Notes: generated by a model not told the origin, from the letters alone. Shown: positions 11,245 through 25,630, counted from the stretch's first letter. The stretch is 64,000 nt of DNA from Nemertoderma westbladi (GCA_032718475.1 JAUCBJ010007877.1:1957-65956), one strand, 5' to 3'. Numbers and translations are program-made.

Positions 11245-12960
11245 AGCCAACCCTAGCCCAACATACTGCCAACCCTAACCCAACCTAACACCAACCCAAG
11301 CCCAACCTAACGTCAACCCTAACCAACATACTGCCAACCCTAACCCAACCTAACACCAACCCTAGCCCAACCTAACGTCAACCCTAACCAACATACTGCC
11401 AACCCTAGCCCAACCTAACGCCAACACTAACCCAACCTAACACCAACCCTAGCCCAACCTAACGTCAACCCTAACCAACATACTGCCAACCCTAACCCAA
11501 CCTAACACCAACCCAAGCCCAACCTAACACCAACCCTAGCCCAACTTAACGTCAACCCTAACCAACATACTGCCAACCCTAACCCAACCTAACGCCAACC
11601 CAAGCCCAACCTAACACCAACCCTAGCCCAACTTAACGTCAACCCTAACCAACATACTGCCAACCCTAACCCAACCTAACACCAACCCAAGCCCAACCTA
11701 ACACCAACCCTAGCCCAACTTAACGTCAACCCTAACCAACATACTGCCAACCCTAACCCAACCTAACACCAACCCTAGCCCAACCTAACGTCAACCCTAA
11801 CCAACATACTGCCAACCCTAACCCAACCTAACGCCAACCCTAACCCAACCTAACACCAACCCTAGCCCAACCTAACGTCAACCCTAACCAACATACTGCC
11901 AACCCTAACCCAACCTAACGCCAACCCTAACCCAACCTAACACCAACCCTAGCCCAACTTAACGTCAACCCTAACCAACATACTGCCAACCCTAACCCAA
12001 CCTAACACCAACCCTAGCCCAACCTAACGTCAACCCAAACCAACATACTGCCAACCCTAACCCAACCTAACGCCAACCCTAACCCAACCTAACACCAACC
12101 CTAGCCCAACTTAACGTCAACCCTAACCAACATACTGCCAACCCTAACCCAACCTAACACCAACCCTAGCCCAACCTAACGTCAACCCTAACCAACATAC
12201 TGCCAACCCTAACCCAACCTAACGCCAACACTAACCCAACCTAACACCAACCCTAGCCCAACCTAACGTCAACCCTAACCAACATACTGCCAACCCTAAT
12301 CCAACCTAACGCCAACCCTAACCCAACCTAACACCAACCCTAGCCCAACCTAACGTCAACCCTAACCAACATACTGGTGCCAACCCTAACCCAACCTAAC
12401 GCCAACCCTAACCCAACCTAACACCAACCCTAGCCCAACCTAACGTCAACCCTAACCCAACCTAATGTCATCCCTAACCAACATACTGCCAACACTAACC
12501 AAACCTAACACCAACCCTAACCCAACCTAACGCCAACACTAACCCAACCTAACGCCAACACTAACCCAACCTAACGCCAACACTAACCCAACCTAACGCC
12601 AACCCTATCCCAACCTAACGCCAACACTAACCCAACCTAACGCCAACCCTAACCCAACCTAACGTCAACCCTAACCCAACCTAACGTCATCCCTAACCAA
12701 CATACTGCCAACACTAACCAAACCTAACACCAACCCTAACCCAACCTAACGCCAACACTAACCCAACCTAACGCCAACACTAACCCAACCTAACGCCAAC
12801 ACTAACCCAACCTAACGCCAACACTAACCCAACCTAACGCCAACCCTATCCCAACCTAACGCCAACACTAACCCAACCTAACGCCAACCCTAACCAACCT
12901 ACCGCCTATCCTAACCAACACACCGCCAACCCTAACCAACACACCGCCAACCCTAACCAA
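11245..12960. repeat. Telomere-like (CCCTAA/CCTAA-rich) satellite, 21-22-bp monomers in 65/87-bp higher-order units
   Basis: ccaaccctaacccaacctaac variants; lies between short imperfect inverted ends ggtaaaggctaca (11026) and tgtagccttaccc (13507-13519). Confidence 0.92.
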
Positions 12961-15172
12961 CAAACAAATTAAATTTTTTTTTATTCTATATTTATTTAAA
13001 ACTTTTTTTCTATGTAAATATTTTTATAATTCCGATGCTGTACTGTTATCAGAGAATATTCCCGAATCCCATACACCCCCCCCCGCCCACCCCCACCCAT
13101 GATTTACTTTGCAACAATGGAGTCTTGCTCAATGTTTGCCTTATTGGGTTGTCACTGCTAAGGACACTACATCCTTGCTGTATTTCCCGTATGTTATGCA
13201 AGGTAGCCCTACAGATTGTTGGATATGCCATTTTTAAGCAATGATCTAAAAAGCGATGACCTTCTGTAGTCGTCGTTTAAAATGTTTGAACGCTAATAAG
13301 TTTCAAACAAAGTTTTTCCTTTTACTTTCTCAAAATTGGCCCCAGCATAAAAAAAAGGCGCAAAAAACATTGCTATGCCACTGGCAATGTACGAACACCC
13401 CCAAATGGAGTAGAAAAACAAATAAAGGCCAACATATGGTGCATAATACTGTAAGTAAAACAGAAAAGTAGGCACGGCGATAGCAAATTAGATTGTATCA
13501 TTTTTTTGTAGCCTTACCCTAAGCCCTAGTAGCGTGGCTCCTACTTGCTGTATTATTAACTCCAGGCAGTTCAATATTATTTTAGGCTTATGTAAAATAA
13601 CCATTTATGTGCACTGTAGGCCTAATGTAATACAGATTAGATAGTCAGATTAGGGTGTGCGGACACTTCCACCCCGACCGGACAGTTCCAATCAATCAAT
13701 CAATCAATCAATTGAGCTCATATGAGCTCGTATATTAGTTTTATTTAGAAATTGAAATCTCACGAATAAATAGGCCTATTAGCTGATTAGTGAACAATCA
13801 TATGAACAGTTATTTGCAATTTGTGTAGCCTATTGAATTTGTGTAGTTATTTAATTAGCCAAATAAAGCAGTAGCATAGCTAGTGTTGCATTATTTGACT
13901 AAAAGAGAGGAAAATAATTCGTGATATACTGGTTCATTGCCATTCAAATGAACTTGGTACTCTACATCTTGCGATCAGTATGGCTTGTTGTTGTTCCCCC
14001 CGTTCAAGTAGGACACTTCCCCCCCCGGACACTTCCCCCACAGACACTCCCCCCCGGACACTTCCCCTACCCAGGAAGGGGTTAATGGCAGGCCTACAAA
14101 TATTATTCAGAGTATGAAAAAAACGATTAAAAATAGGAATTATAATTTTGGGGATATTTACTGAAATATATGTGATCTTCATGCATTTTTTCATAGTGTC
14201 TTAATATCAGAGATTGATATGAAGTTATTATGTCTGTTATGATTATTCCAGTTGAAGTTCTTCCATCTAAATACACGCTCACTCTATTTCCTTTGGTATT
14301 TCTACTTTTTGTCCCGCAATTTACATAAAGTGCGGGAAACCTGTTTACCACATAACACGAAACACCACAAACAAACTAAGTACTCCAGATTAATGATACA
14401 TATATTTGTGCTTTGCAAACGACATATCATCATTCTATTATAATATGTCTATCCCGTACAAGCAAAATATGGAGTTCAGCGTAAAGTGCGGGACATTATG
14501 ATGTAAGCAGATTATGAGCACTGAATTTTTAGATACAATGTTGTTTTAATTGACAGCAAATGATTTCATTAGAAAATATGATTGTTTCGCTTCGAATAGT
14601 ACTCTATTACGTTGCCTTCTGCCTAAAACTACTCATAAAACACGGTTGTCATATTATGTACTCAGTTAACTGTATTTTTGCAGTTTTAGAGAAGGGTGAA
14701 TTACACCAGATTTCAGAAAGTTAAATTTTGATGCTGTTTTTTTGTATTAAATTTGAAAATCGCTTCATATATTGGTTCGGAAAATTGATATGGGAAGCAA
14801 ATAATGATAATGATAATTGAGAATAATAATTCACTTTTCTCAAAATTGGTATTGCGGTTGACATTTGCATGGAATGAGCCTAAATATTCGGCTAAATTGC
14901 AATGTAAATTAAACGAAGGTTAACTAAACTAACTCTAACTCCAATGTTTGGCAGGTATGTTTAAACCACTGAAATTTATTTTTCCCCCCGAAAGCGAAAG
15001 AGCCTGGGAAACAATTGCGTGGTTGATGCTAATAGTCGCTTCTGGAGAATTTCCAAATGGTTATTTTCATCTTTGCATCAGTCACATTAAATATTCTTTA
15101 TGACCCGTGAAAATTTCAAGTGTGGAAATAAATAATTGTCATATACTGTTTGGAAAGAGTTAATTGTTGATA

Positions 15173-15301
15173 TATTGTAAATGATAGTAACAACCTAGAT
15201 CCAAATCTATTGTAAATGATGGGTAACAACCTAGATCCAAATCTATTGTAAATGATGGGTAACAACCTAGATCCAAATCTATTGTAAATGATGGGTAACA
15301 A
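15173..15301. repeat. 36-bp tandem repeat, ~3.5 copies
   Basis: tattgtaaatgatgggtaacaacctagatccaaatc repeated. Confidence 0.9.
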
Positions 15302-15483
15302 TATGACATTTGAAACTTTGAGATAAGGATATATCATCAACGTACTGATTCATTATCCATTATCCAAGGTTATTGACTTTGATTACACTAAGTTTGTAAA
15401 CTTCATCATAAACAATAATTATCGGTTTAATAGCGGTACTACCAGAATTAGTATGATATATAAGATAAGTAAATAATAGTAAT

Positions 15484-15975
15484 GTAAATAGGACAATATG
15501 ATAATGCTCTCCATAGCGAAAAATATCAACCAGCCCTATTGGGGCTCGAACCCGGTACATAGGTTTCAAACTTCTGATTATCATCACACGGGTGAATGTA
15601 CTGAGCTAGCTACCAGGTAGGATGAATATTTCGTTATGGAGTGGAAGATCATATTAAGGCCATACAATCACTCAAAGTGAAGTACAACTTTCGTTATTCC
15701 CGTGCTCTGCTGCCAGAAAATGGCAACCATGCCTCAAAGAATAACTTTTATACAGTGTTGTAGAAACCACTGTAACCCCGTATGCCTGGCCCAGGCTGTT
15801 AGTTAATGATAATAAGTGAATTGTTGTGGGGCGAGTGAGGCGGTGAATTAAATATATAATGTAAATAGGACAAATAAATATTTTTCGCTTTGGAGAGCAT
15901 TATCATATTGTCTTATTTACATTATATATTTATTTCACCGCGTGACTCGCCCCACAACAATTCACTTATTATCAT
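15484..15975 (-). mobile_element. tRNA-derived short retroelement with partial tandem duplication, inverted segment and 14-bp TSD
   Basis: Minus strand A box tagctcagt (~15600-15608) and B box ggttcgagccc (15542-15552); aatgtaaataggacaa recurs at 15481 and 15858; inverted segment ~15878-15978; taaataatagtaat at 15470-15483 and 15976-15989. Confidence 0.75.
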
Positions 15976-16000
15976 TAAATAATAGTAATAATAATAAACG

Positions 16001-16272
16001 CCCATGTGAAGAATACCAGGATTTCACTTTTCGGTCGACTTTTTACTGGAATTTTATATATGAAGATTTTTTATTTTTTTTATTTTTCTTTATTAAGTAT
16101 TTTATAGCGCTTATTTCTGTCTTATAACCTGTACATATACTAATTCGTTTATTGTTTTGGTTAGATTAAGCCCTTCTGTAACCTGTGTTTTTGGTGAAAA
16201 CCTGGTATTCTTCACATGGGGGTAACTGGAAAGTGAAATATAACGGCAGAAGTCTGGTATTCTTCACATGGG
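16001..16272. mobile_element. Small MITE-like element
   Basis: cccatgtgaagaataccagg (16001) with inverted copies at 16201 and 16253. Confidence 0.55.
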
Positions 16273-18339
16273 ACATAATAAAGTATTCAGTGTGGGTCAA
16301 ATTGGCATTGTGGGGCGATGCAAGAAGGCTGGGTGAAGTCTGTCGTTTAGCATGTGGTGTTATTATTGGACCGTTGTCGTCGCCGCATTGGTACACATGC
16401 AAGATGCAATCTGATACCAACATTTTAGATATTCGAAACTCAGACTGACTTCTATACGTAGTTCCTCTGTTGATGGTCCACAAATTGTACCGGAATGCTA
16501 AGGTTTATCTAGACATCGTGATGCGCGAAGGGACCACGAACGTGTCTGGTCTTCTGGTCTGGTCTTTCTTTGATTGTGAATTTCGATGACCAATTTTCTA
16601 AAATTCTCTCTCTTTCAAAATTTCGTTTTTTCGACTACAACAAATATAAATATAAATAAGTATAAATAATGGGTTGAGCTGATACAAGTGTAGCCACAGT
16701 GCCGTTGCTGATATATTGATGTTGAAACATTGAGACGGATCATTGAATTCTAAAAATACTGTATTTAGTACTCTATGGACGGACGGACAATTTTGCCCGT
16801 ATCTAAATGAATGCTAAAGGCTCTCAGACTTCAGGGCTCGTTCGAAGCACTGCTTGGTGGAGGATCATAACTTAGCTACGTATATAATTAGTTAATGTTT
16901 TTCATGAATCTTTTCATGCATAGCTTACAACATAATTTATTTGGGTATAAAATAAAGTGTGGAATTATGAATTGTATGTTAGTTATTGTATATTCGGATG
17001 GTTATACGTTGAAGCAATATGTAAATGTGTATTACATATGCGGAAAACTTCACCATTGTTAGGCAATGTGAGTGGATCAGTGCAATATAACAGCAAAGCA
17101 TGTACTACGGCATTACCACCACCTACCGTTAATATGGATTCCTTTGAAATTTTTAGCACGATGTTAATAAGCATAGCATCCTCGTGGTAACTTCCTTCCA
17201 AGAAAAAATCCATAGGATTTAGTACAGATGGACGTTGGTGACCAAATGTTATACAACACTCGGCTGTGAAGCATTGGTTGATACCTACGCTATGTTACTC
17301 GGCAGCAGTACTTTGGATATATATCCCTACTCGAGTGGATGTTAAACATTCGATCTATAATTATAAAGTACAAAATTAAAATTACACTGTACTGGTATAA
17401 TCTCTATGATTTAACACATTTTTAGAAAAATACGCCACACTTTTGTTTTCAAATTTTATGTAACAGTTACATATACTACTACCACATTTCATTAAGGGAC
17501 AGTATCTGTGTGTGAGCGGTATTGCATGTGTTCATGAGTTCTTGTGGGCAGTTGTTTGAGCTGGTCCACTGTAAGCAGGTCGAAGTGTATTGCTGGACTT
17601 CCTGTATCCGTCGAAGCTTTATTGCAAGTGAACTCAAAAACCTTTTATTCATCGTTCATGGCAGATTAGTGATAACTGTTAATGGTCGGTGTAACAATTT
17701 AACACGATCTTAATGGTACAGTATTTAGAAGCGGATAAAAATTATTTGGCAAATTAAGCGAAAAAATGAATTAGCCACCGACACGAATCGAATCCCTGTG
17801 TTCCAATTACCTTTCATATTAAATATATTCCATATCAATCTTGATATTGGTTGAGTCCTTTGGATGAAAAAAACCAAAATTTGCCACATTCGCTGTATGT
17901 ACTATAAGCTACAAGAACGCCAAACTACACGGTTTAATTGACACTGGAGGCACATTGTGCGTCCACACCAATCATTGCAGAGTGTTTTTCAAATTAACCT
18001 TAACATACCTTCACAAAAAGCTGACTCAGCTATATACGTGAAAGTGCGAAATGGGGTGAAATTAACTTCAAAATGACGTTGGGTTAGTTTCCACTAGTAT
18101 GAATGAGAACAAAGCATCATTAAAGCATCATTTTTTCATGATCATCGTGTTAATATGAAGATTACGGGAAGCCGCACATAAATAGTAAACTATCATTCCA
18201 CAGCGATAATTTACCGTTTTTAATAATAACTACTTCAACTAATTACCTAAATAGTACATAAAATGACAGCATAATACTTAGTTTTGTTTAAAATATTATT
18301 ATTCTGATAGGCCTTTTGTCAAATTAGCAGGAACAGAAG

Positions 18340-18394
18340 ATGTTTTCGTTTACCAAACTGCGAAAACAAATGTTATTTATCGTAGTGGTGGCCG
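18340..18394 (+). CDS. F-type lectin/TSP1 secreted protein, exon 1 (signal peptide)
   Basis: ATG MFSFTKLRKQMLFIVVVA then G|gtgagt donor, phase 1. Confidence 0.7.
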
Positions 18395-18477
18395 GTGAGT
18401 TTCAATTTGCATAAGTTACTTTTTTACTCGGGTTAATTATTCTTTGACATAATATATAATATTATAATATAGAATAG

Positions 18478-20103
18478 AACAAGTGTAACAATTAATCCTG
18501 CCGTTATTCTCAACACAACTTTTTTAATTTATTAATTTTTCGGGCGCCTTCAGCGCCCTTTATCAAAATTACCAGCAAAATAATTACCAACAAAATTATA
18601 GGAACCTACAGCACTAAATATATAAATCAAAGCTACAAACAGAATTACTACAATACCAGAATAATTAAGGTCTGTGTGCGTGTATTCTACTGAGAGACTG
18701 CGTTAGGGTTGGCATACTACAGTACTGTATTATAGGTACCTACCGGTCGATAAAAATAATATGACTTTAATGGTAGCTCTAACAGCTGTAGCCTATAAGT
18801 GACACACAACTGACTGACCGCAACTGGCTTTAACGATAGGTATCAGGGTAAGTAATGTCGTGTGCATATTACAGTATTAGCACAAAAATATATTGAGACA
18901 ATATCGGTTTCACCTTTGCCCGTGTAGACAAAAAATACTGTATCGTAAATTTTGGAATCTAAAAAATTGTACATCGAAATATACTTACCAAGATATCAAA
19001 ATCAACCAAGACATCGAAATATAATTACCAATCCATTATTTATACCTGTTAAGAAAATGTTAGTTTCAAATGAATGCAACTTTAAAAATCTGTAAAATTT
19101 GTCACTGAACTGAGGCTAGGAAAGCGTATGTTGTGTGAATCTTAGATTCATAACCCGGACAAAAAATAAACAAATAAACAGTTTCTGTAGGAAATATATC
19201 CATAACCCAGGCACAAATAATCCGTTAGGAAATAACAAATATACAGTATCAATATTTACGTTAAACATAATAGAAATCTACAGTATATTGTTCGAAATAT
19301 ATAGTGGACTTATATAATCGTAAGTACCAGACAAGAATATATTTGAGTTTCACCTAAAAATATATTGAGACAATATTTTTTGTTTATTTGTGCCCGGGTT
19401 ATGGATATATTTCCTACAGAAACTGTTTATTTGTATATTTTTTTTCCGGGTTATGAATCTAAGATTCACACGACATACAGTACGCCTTCCTAGTCTCAGT
19501 TCGGTGACAAATTTTACAGATTTTTAAAGTTGCATTCATGTGAAACTTATATTTTCGTAAGTAATACATATATTATTTCCGTGTACAATTTTTTGGATTC
19601 CAATATATACGACTATCAAGTTTAATATTTATTTTTGGTGTACACTGAAATATGCAAAATTATAATTATAATTACAGTATTTTTTGTCTAGACGGGCATA
19701 GGTCAAACCGATATTGTCTCAATATATTTTTGTGCTAATAATGTAATATGTACACGACATTACTTACCCTAAAACCTGTCGTTAAAGCCAGTTGCGGTCA
19801 GTCAGTTGTGTGTCGCTTATAGGCTACAGCTGTTAGAGCTACCATTAAAGTCATATTATATTTATCGACCGGTAGGTACCGATAATATTATGCCTAACGC
19901 AGTCAGTCCGTCTCTGTCAGTAGAACACACACACACGCAGACCTTAATTATTCTGTTATTTCAGTAAATCTTTTTTAGGTTCTGGTAATTTTGGTGTTAT
20001 ATTTTACTGGTAATTTTGACAAAGGGCGCTGAAGGCGCCCGAAAATTTAATAAATTAAAAAGTTGTGTTGGGAATAACGGCAGGATTAATTATTAAACTT
20101 GTT
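18478..20103. mobile_element. 1.6-kb foldback/MITE with very long inverted arms in intron 1
   Basis: aattaatcctgccgttatt...caacacaac at left mirrored at 20060-20092; arms pair inward to ~19230/19380. Confidence 0.88.
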
Positions 20104-20366
20104 TTTTGTTTTACTTAATGAAATTTTTGGGTGACTTATTAATTATAAATTAATTCTCACAGGCTAACTATAATTTTTACAATTTTTTTTATATGAACCC
20201 ATACAATTGATGCCACTTTACATTGCAGTATATATAATAAACAAGTACTTTGCGCATGCGCATGTTGTTATCAATGAATTTTCTCCACCCTGAAATATTA
20301 AAATAAATAAATTATTTAAGATGTTATAAGTTTAATTAACATTTCCTATTTATTATATTGTTACAG

Positions 20367-20402
20367 GTATTCTTACAAGTTCAACAGTCCAAGCACAAAA
20401 TT
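20367..20402 (+). CDS. F-type lectin/TSP1 protein, exon 2 (end of signal peptide)
   Basis: ttacag|GILTSSTVQAQN|gtaagt, phase 1-1, completes a plausible VQA cleavage site. Confidence 0.72.
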
Positions 20403-20965
20403 GTAAGTACTATTGGTAATTATAATGATTGGAGTCCAAATCAATCAAACTATTGTTTATCAAGGAAACACTTAATGTTATTTATTTATTTATTATTTTT
20501 GAAAGTTATATAATTCAAATTTGAAACAAATATCTAAATATCCGCATTTCTATATTTTTGTGTACAGTTAAGTGTTTTATATCATAAACAATCCAAATAA
20601 CCAAGAAAACCAACGGCTGAATCGTTGAAAACGAAAGCTATACAATACAAGCTTATTGTTAATTTTAATAGAGTAGAGAGGACAGATAGGGAAATAAACT
20701 GACGTATTTCCTTCTAAATCTTTCCGTATTGATACACAAATACTTTGCATCAACTTCGAAATATTGCTTCCGACACAGAGACATTTGGAAAACGGCCCTT
20801 ATAAACTTATAATAATCGCATCAAATTCTCACAATTGTTATGGCTCGCCCCTCAATGTAACTTTCTGTATTTATAATGTTTTAGAACGAGACCAAGATTA
20901 AGCACTTAAGCAGCCTTAGTCTATTGTTCCATTCTTCTTTGCTTAACTCATTGTTTTTTTTTCAG

Positions 20966-21192
20966 TAAACCTCGCATTAAATGCGCTTCACGGACAAGAC
21001 AGTGAACCCGAGGTGGGGATTTCAGATTATCTAGTTGACGGCGATCGAAATGGACAAGGTACCAACTGCGCGTATACTGATAATGTTGCCCCCAATTATA
21101 TTTGGGTGTGTCTAGATGATCCCTACAACATTACTGAAGTCAAAGTCTACAACAGAGAAGACTGCTGTTCTCATAGGATCAATGGGACACGC
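20966..21192 (+). CDS. F-type lectin domain 1, N-half (exon 3)
   Basis: tttcag|NLALN...LVDGD...CAYT...VKVYNREDCCSHRI..|gtgagt; fucolectin signature. Confidence 0.88.
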
Positions 21193-22273
21193 GTGAGTAA
21201 TTAATTACATATTACATGTTGGCAATAGTTGATATGTAACTGGTTGAGCTGAGTTGAAGTATTATAAAAACATATATAGTTAGCTCCATGCAGGTTATGG
21301 ACCAACTAAGCCTGTTGTATGAAATATAAACCACAACGCCCTTATATTTATGTATTTATTATATTTAAATAAGTTAAAACAAAATCAAGATTGTTAAAGT
21401 AAAAAAATAAAAGTTTTATTCGGCCGTTCGTTTCGGCTTGGGATCTATTTTATACAATTTACCCAAATTCGTATCAAACTTTAAACTGGTTTTAATTTAA
21501 TTAATATGTGTGGGTTTCTAAAAAGTTATCTTGATATTTCAAAGCCTTTGAAAACAGTCAAAAGTTCGAGACAACACGCAAATAGTCAGACAGAGACTAA
21601 AGAGATTGTATTATATCTATAATCGGCCTGCTGCATTGAAACTGCACATTGAGATGCTATGCCGGCTTAACAAAAACATTTTGTCACCACCATGCAATCC
21701 ACAATTGGCAAGCTGAATGCAGCGTGCATTACGAATGCTATGCCGGCTTATTAACAATGTTGCACCGCCACAATTCCCTATCCAACATGGCTTTCGCGGG
21801 ATTATTCGCATCTTCAAGGACAGTGTCCTTTAAGATAAAGTGATGTGAAGTCTCAATAAAGTGATGGGCTGTCCACCATGCTTATTTGATCTTATTTTCT
21901 CCATGGGGCTGCCAAGATACTAGATTGTGCCCCCCGCCCCGCTAGTTTGCTGCTACCCGAGACTGTCCAAACAGTAATAAAGTATGTCCAAACAATGTTC
22001 TGCAAAGCGGAGGCGGATTTGTTTAAGTGTCAAGCCTGGGAGACCAATGTTATATAGTGTCTGGTTGGAGATGTGTGCATTGTACTTGACACAATGAACC
22101 CGGCGTAGCATTCTTGTGAATCTGCCATCCAGAGCTTTGGTGTCCTCAGCAGTTAGACCCCAGCATGGACTCCCATAGGAGTACTGGAACTACTGCTGCT
22201 CTAAATAATCGGACCTTAAGTTTCCGATGTATTCAGTGTGACTTCCAAATCCTGGAAAGCCTATTCAATGCTG

Positions 22274-23012
22274 GGATAGTTACAAAACCCGAAAATAACG
22301 AAAAAAGCGAAATTATCAACGAAACTATCGAAATTATGAAACAATCTACAAAATCTCGCTTTCCAATAATATCGGTATTATTAGATGGCACTCTATACAT
22401 TTTTTAATTAATAAAATCCGATAATTTCGCCCTATTTTCGACCTTAAAAGTAATTTAATACGAAATAATGTCTGCTGGTTGGTTGTTGGGTGTTGACCAA
22501 TGGCGGCTTGGATGGATCAATTCAGCATCAGCAGGCAGTGTACTGGTCAACTGGTGTATTGCAAGCATGGTACAGCCTGAAGGGGTAAGGTTAAAGGAAC
22601 CGGTCCGGTCAGCCGGTACCCTAACCCAACACTGCACACGCATTACGGCGTACGGTACATTCGCGTTACAGGTGTACACTGTACAGTGACAGTGACTGTT
22701 AGGCAAGTGGCGCAGCGGGGCGAGTGTGTATTTTGATTATATTCTATTATTATATGTATATATATTGTGGTGTTGTGACATCATTGGATTACCCCTAATA
22801 ACCAATCAAAAGAGACATTATTTTGTATTAAATTACTTTTAGGGTCGAAAATGGGGCAAAATTATCGGATTTTATTAATTAAAAAATGTAAAGTGTGACT
22901 TCTAATAATACCGATCTCACTGGAAAGTTAGATTATATTTAAAGTTTTATAATTTTGATATTTTCGTTAATAATTTCGTGTTTTTCGTTATTTTCGGGTT
23001 TTATAACTATCC
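22274..23012. mobile_element. Mutator-like MITE
   Basis: ~200-bp TIRs ggatagtta.../...taactatcc; 9-bp TSD tcaatgctg at 22265-22273 and 23013-23021. Confidence 0.85.
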
Positions 23013-23455
23013 TCAATGCTGCCCATGCCTTTCCCTTACGTATTCGAAGGTCCTCACCTGACTTCCGGCATGATCCCAGGTAACAGAAGTCGTCCACATG
23101 CTCAAGCATACCATCCTTTTGAGCTTATGCTCATCCGGTCAGAGACTTGCTGAGGACTTTCAAAGTTAACTGTCAAAATTTTGGTTTTCTTGGTCTTAAC
23201 AAAAAGACCAACACTAGAAGCAGCCTGTTCTAATGAGCTGAGGAGCCGTTGGGCTCCCTCTAGTGATTCTGAGAGTGCTTCTAAGTCATCAGCAAAGTCT
23301 AGATCAGTTAGGTACTTGGCAGGATTTCCTCGACTTCTGGAGCCAATAGGTGGAGTTACCATCACCCCTTCATTATTATGATGATCTAAGGAGATGCGTA
23401 GAACATAATCAACAACAATAATTATGAACAAGAATGGTGCAAGTGTGTCTCCCTG

Positions 23456-24887
23456 GGCACCACTGTGGAGTGGGTCACCATTTATTTTTTAATTTTATAC
23501 AATTATATATTTACTATTTTTTACACACACTATAAACATTAGTTTTGTTTATTAGAATAAGTGAATTTGAAATGTTGCTTGAGTCACTGTGTAGGGAATG
23601 ATTTCTTGATTAAATCGATTAAATCAGTAAATGGAGAAACTTTGTGCAGCATCCTCCAACGAAACTCGGCGAGATGGTTTTCGAGCAACAAGTTCTTCGT
23701 TCCCCTCTTTTTCCTCATGATCGTTGTTTTGGCGTGGGACCATATTCCTTCAATCCGCTGCGTATGAGCGCCCGTGACAACGTTCACAAATCGGCCTTTG
23801 CCTTTGATACTATGGTTCACACTTTCGTGTAAATACTTGCCGCTGCCATCGAGGGCCCTCCATGGCCTTGTCTTGCTAGTGATTCCCACAGTCTTACCAC
23901 AGTAAGCGGCCCACTCGTCACTATGGATTAGGGTCCCTCCTTTAACGTTGGCTTCCACTATTGGGCGTAAGGTCAGCATGTTTCGACGTTGAACATAAAA
24001 CAATCGGACATCCACTTGGCCACCTGGGGATTTACATACAATTCCGAAAATCCACGGTCCATTTACCCGTTTACCATAATTCCTTGCCGATGTATTGAAT
24101 TGACCGACTCGTTTATTGTAGATCTTTTTGACTCGTTTATTGTAGATCTTTCTCCTTCTTGTTACATCCCCGAGCAGCTTCCTCCCACGATTATACTTAC
24201 GCTTACCGCGAAAGATCGATTCGTCGATCTGGACTGTCATCCCAACTCCCCCCATTGGCTCAGCGTTATGCATGTCACTATTCATTAGTTCCGAATGAAA
24301 TTATGCCAATCAACGAATGTATGGGTCGTTGATTCCTCCGATCATTCCATTGAGCATCAGGTGTGCTGTGTTCAAAGTAATGTCTTGAAGAAACATAAAC
24401 GTAATCCATAGAATCTGGGATACTAGTAGTTTAGATGCACCAAACCACGTCCCGTTTCTTGCCGATAATTGGTGTCTTTGTGGCCCTTTGCAACGCCACA
24501 TTAGACAAGTACCTCCGTGTTTTGTACGTCTAAAAATGTGGGCAGAGTAGCTACAACCAACATGTTTGCAAGAACTTTTACTAGTGGGTATGGGTAACAG
24601 GCCACAGGATTGTGCAAATGTTATCGCACTCCCCTCATCTTTTAAATTTTGGGAAATTTCTATAATATTTAAATCAGTGGACTGTCTCGAATATAAATGT
24701 CTTTGAATGTTTGTACTCATAATGTCAAAAAACACAAATGAATCTTTAAAATATGAAATGAATATAAACGTTCTAGAATTGTGTTGTAGTTGGAAACAAT
24801 ATTTAAATAAACTTAGTACACTTATAATATCGGTTAAAATACACAATAAAAAAAAATTAAAATGGTGACCCACTCCACAGTGGTGCC
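23456..24887 (-). mobile_element. Merlin (IS1016/ISXO2-like) DNA transposon
   Basis: 28-bp TIR ggcaccactgtggagtgggtcaccattt; 9-bp TSD gtctccctg at 23447-23455 and 24888-24896. Confidence 0.92.
23584..24720 (-). pseudogene. Merlin DDE transposase, frameshifted near 24290-24330
   Basis: VQIDES, RKYNRGR, W.FG, IHSDEWAAY, VNHS, HTQRIEGIW, HLAEF.WR; N-terminal Cys-rich part with RNGTWF in another frame. Confidence 0.88.
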
Positions 24888-25129
24888 GTCTCCCTGGAGG
24901 ACGCCCCATAACACTTCAAATGGTTCTGTGTCACCGTCAACAGTAGACACAAATGTTGTCGAACCATCGTATACTGATCTGATTGCTGCAATAATTTCAT
25001 CAGGAATCCCATGCAATGAAAGTATACACATACGTGGGCGAGAGACTGAATCAAAGGCCTTGAAAAAGCCTACAAACATAACAGCTAGATGTCTGTCTTT
25101 CTTTTTTTGATAACTCTTCAATTATCCTT

Positions 25130-25630
25130 TAAGCAGCTCTATCAAAAATGGATACCATCTGGAAATCAGATCTCTCCAGGCACCTGAAGACTAAGTTCTT
25201 TCGAGCCACAGTGGAAAGTGTATTTTTATACGGGGGTGAGACCTGGACACTGACTAAATCACTTGAACAGCGAATTGGTGGTTTTAACACAAGACTACTA
25301 AGGCCAGCCCTAAACATCAGCTGGAGAAAACACATGGCAAATGCCGAGCTTTATGGCACAATACCACCTGTATCAACCACCCTCCGTGAACGCAGATTAA
25401 GATTCAGTGGGTACTGCTGGCGAAGTAAAGACGAGGTCATACCAGATCTACTTTTCTGGCAACCAACTCATGGAAAGCGTAGTCGTGGACGACCGGCCAT
25501 AAGATATATAGATCAACTTGAAAGGGATACTGAACTTGGGAGAAACGAAATTGTGACAACTATGGAGAATCGGGAAGCCTGGAAGGATCTCATTTCCACT
25601 ATCCGAGTTCGCTCGACTTAGTAGTAGTAG
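25130..25630 (+). mobile_element. 5'-truncated RTE LINE (family B)
   Basis: LYGGETWT...RRLRFSG...RGRP C-terminus; (TAG)n tail; 12-bp TSD tcaattatcctt at 25118-25129 and 25631-25642. Confidence 0.9.

Noticed and set aside
11245-12960. True telomere or chromosome fusion site
   Set aside because: Not pure (TTAGGG)n, no head-to-head inversion, and embedded in ordinary sequence.
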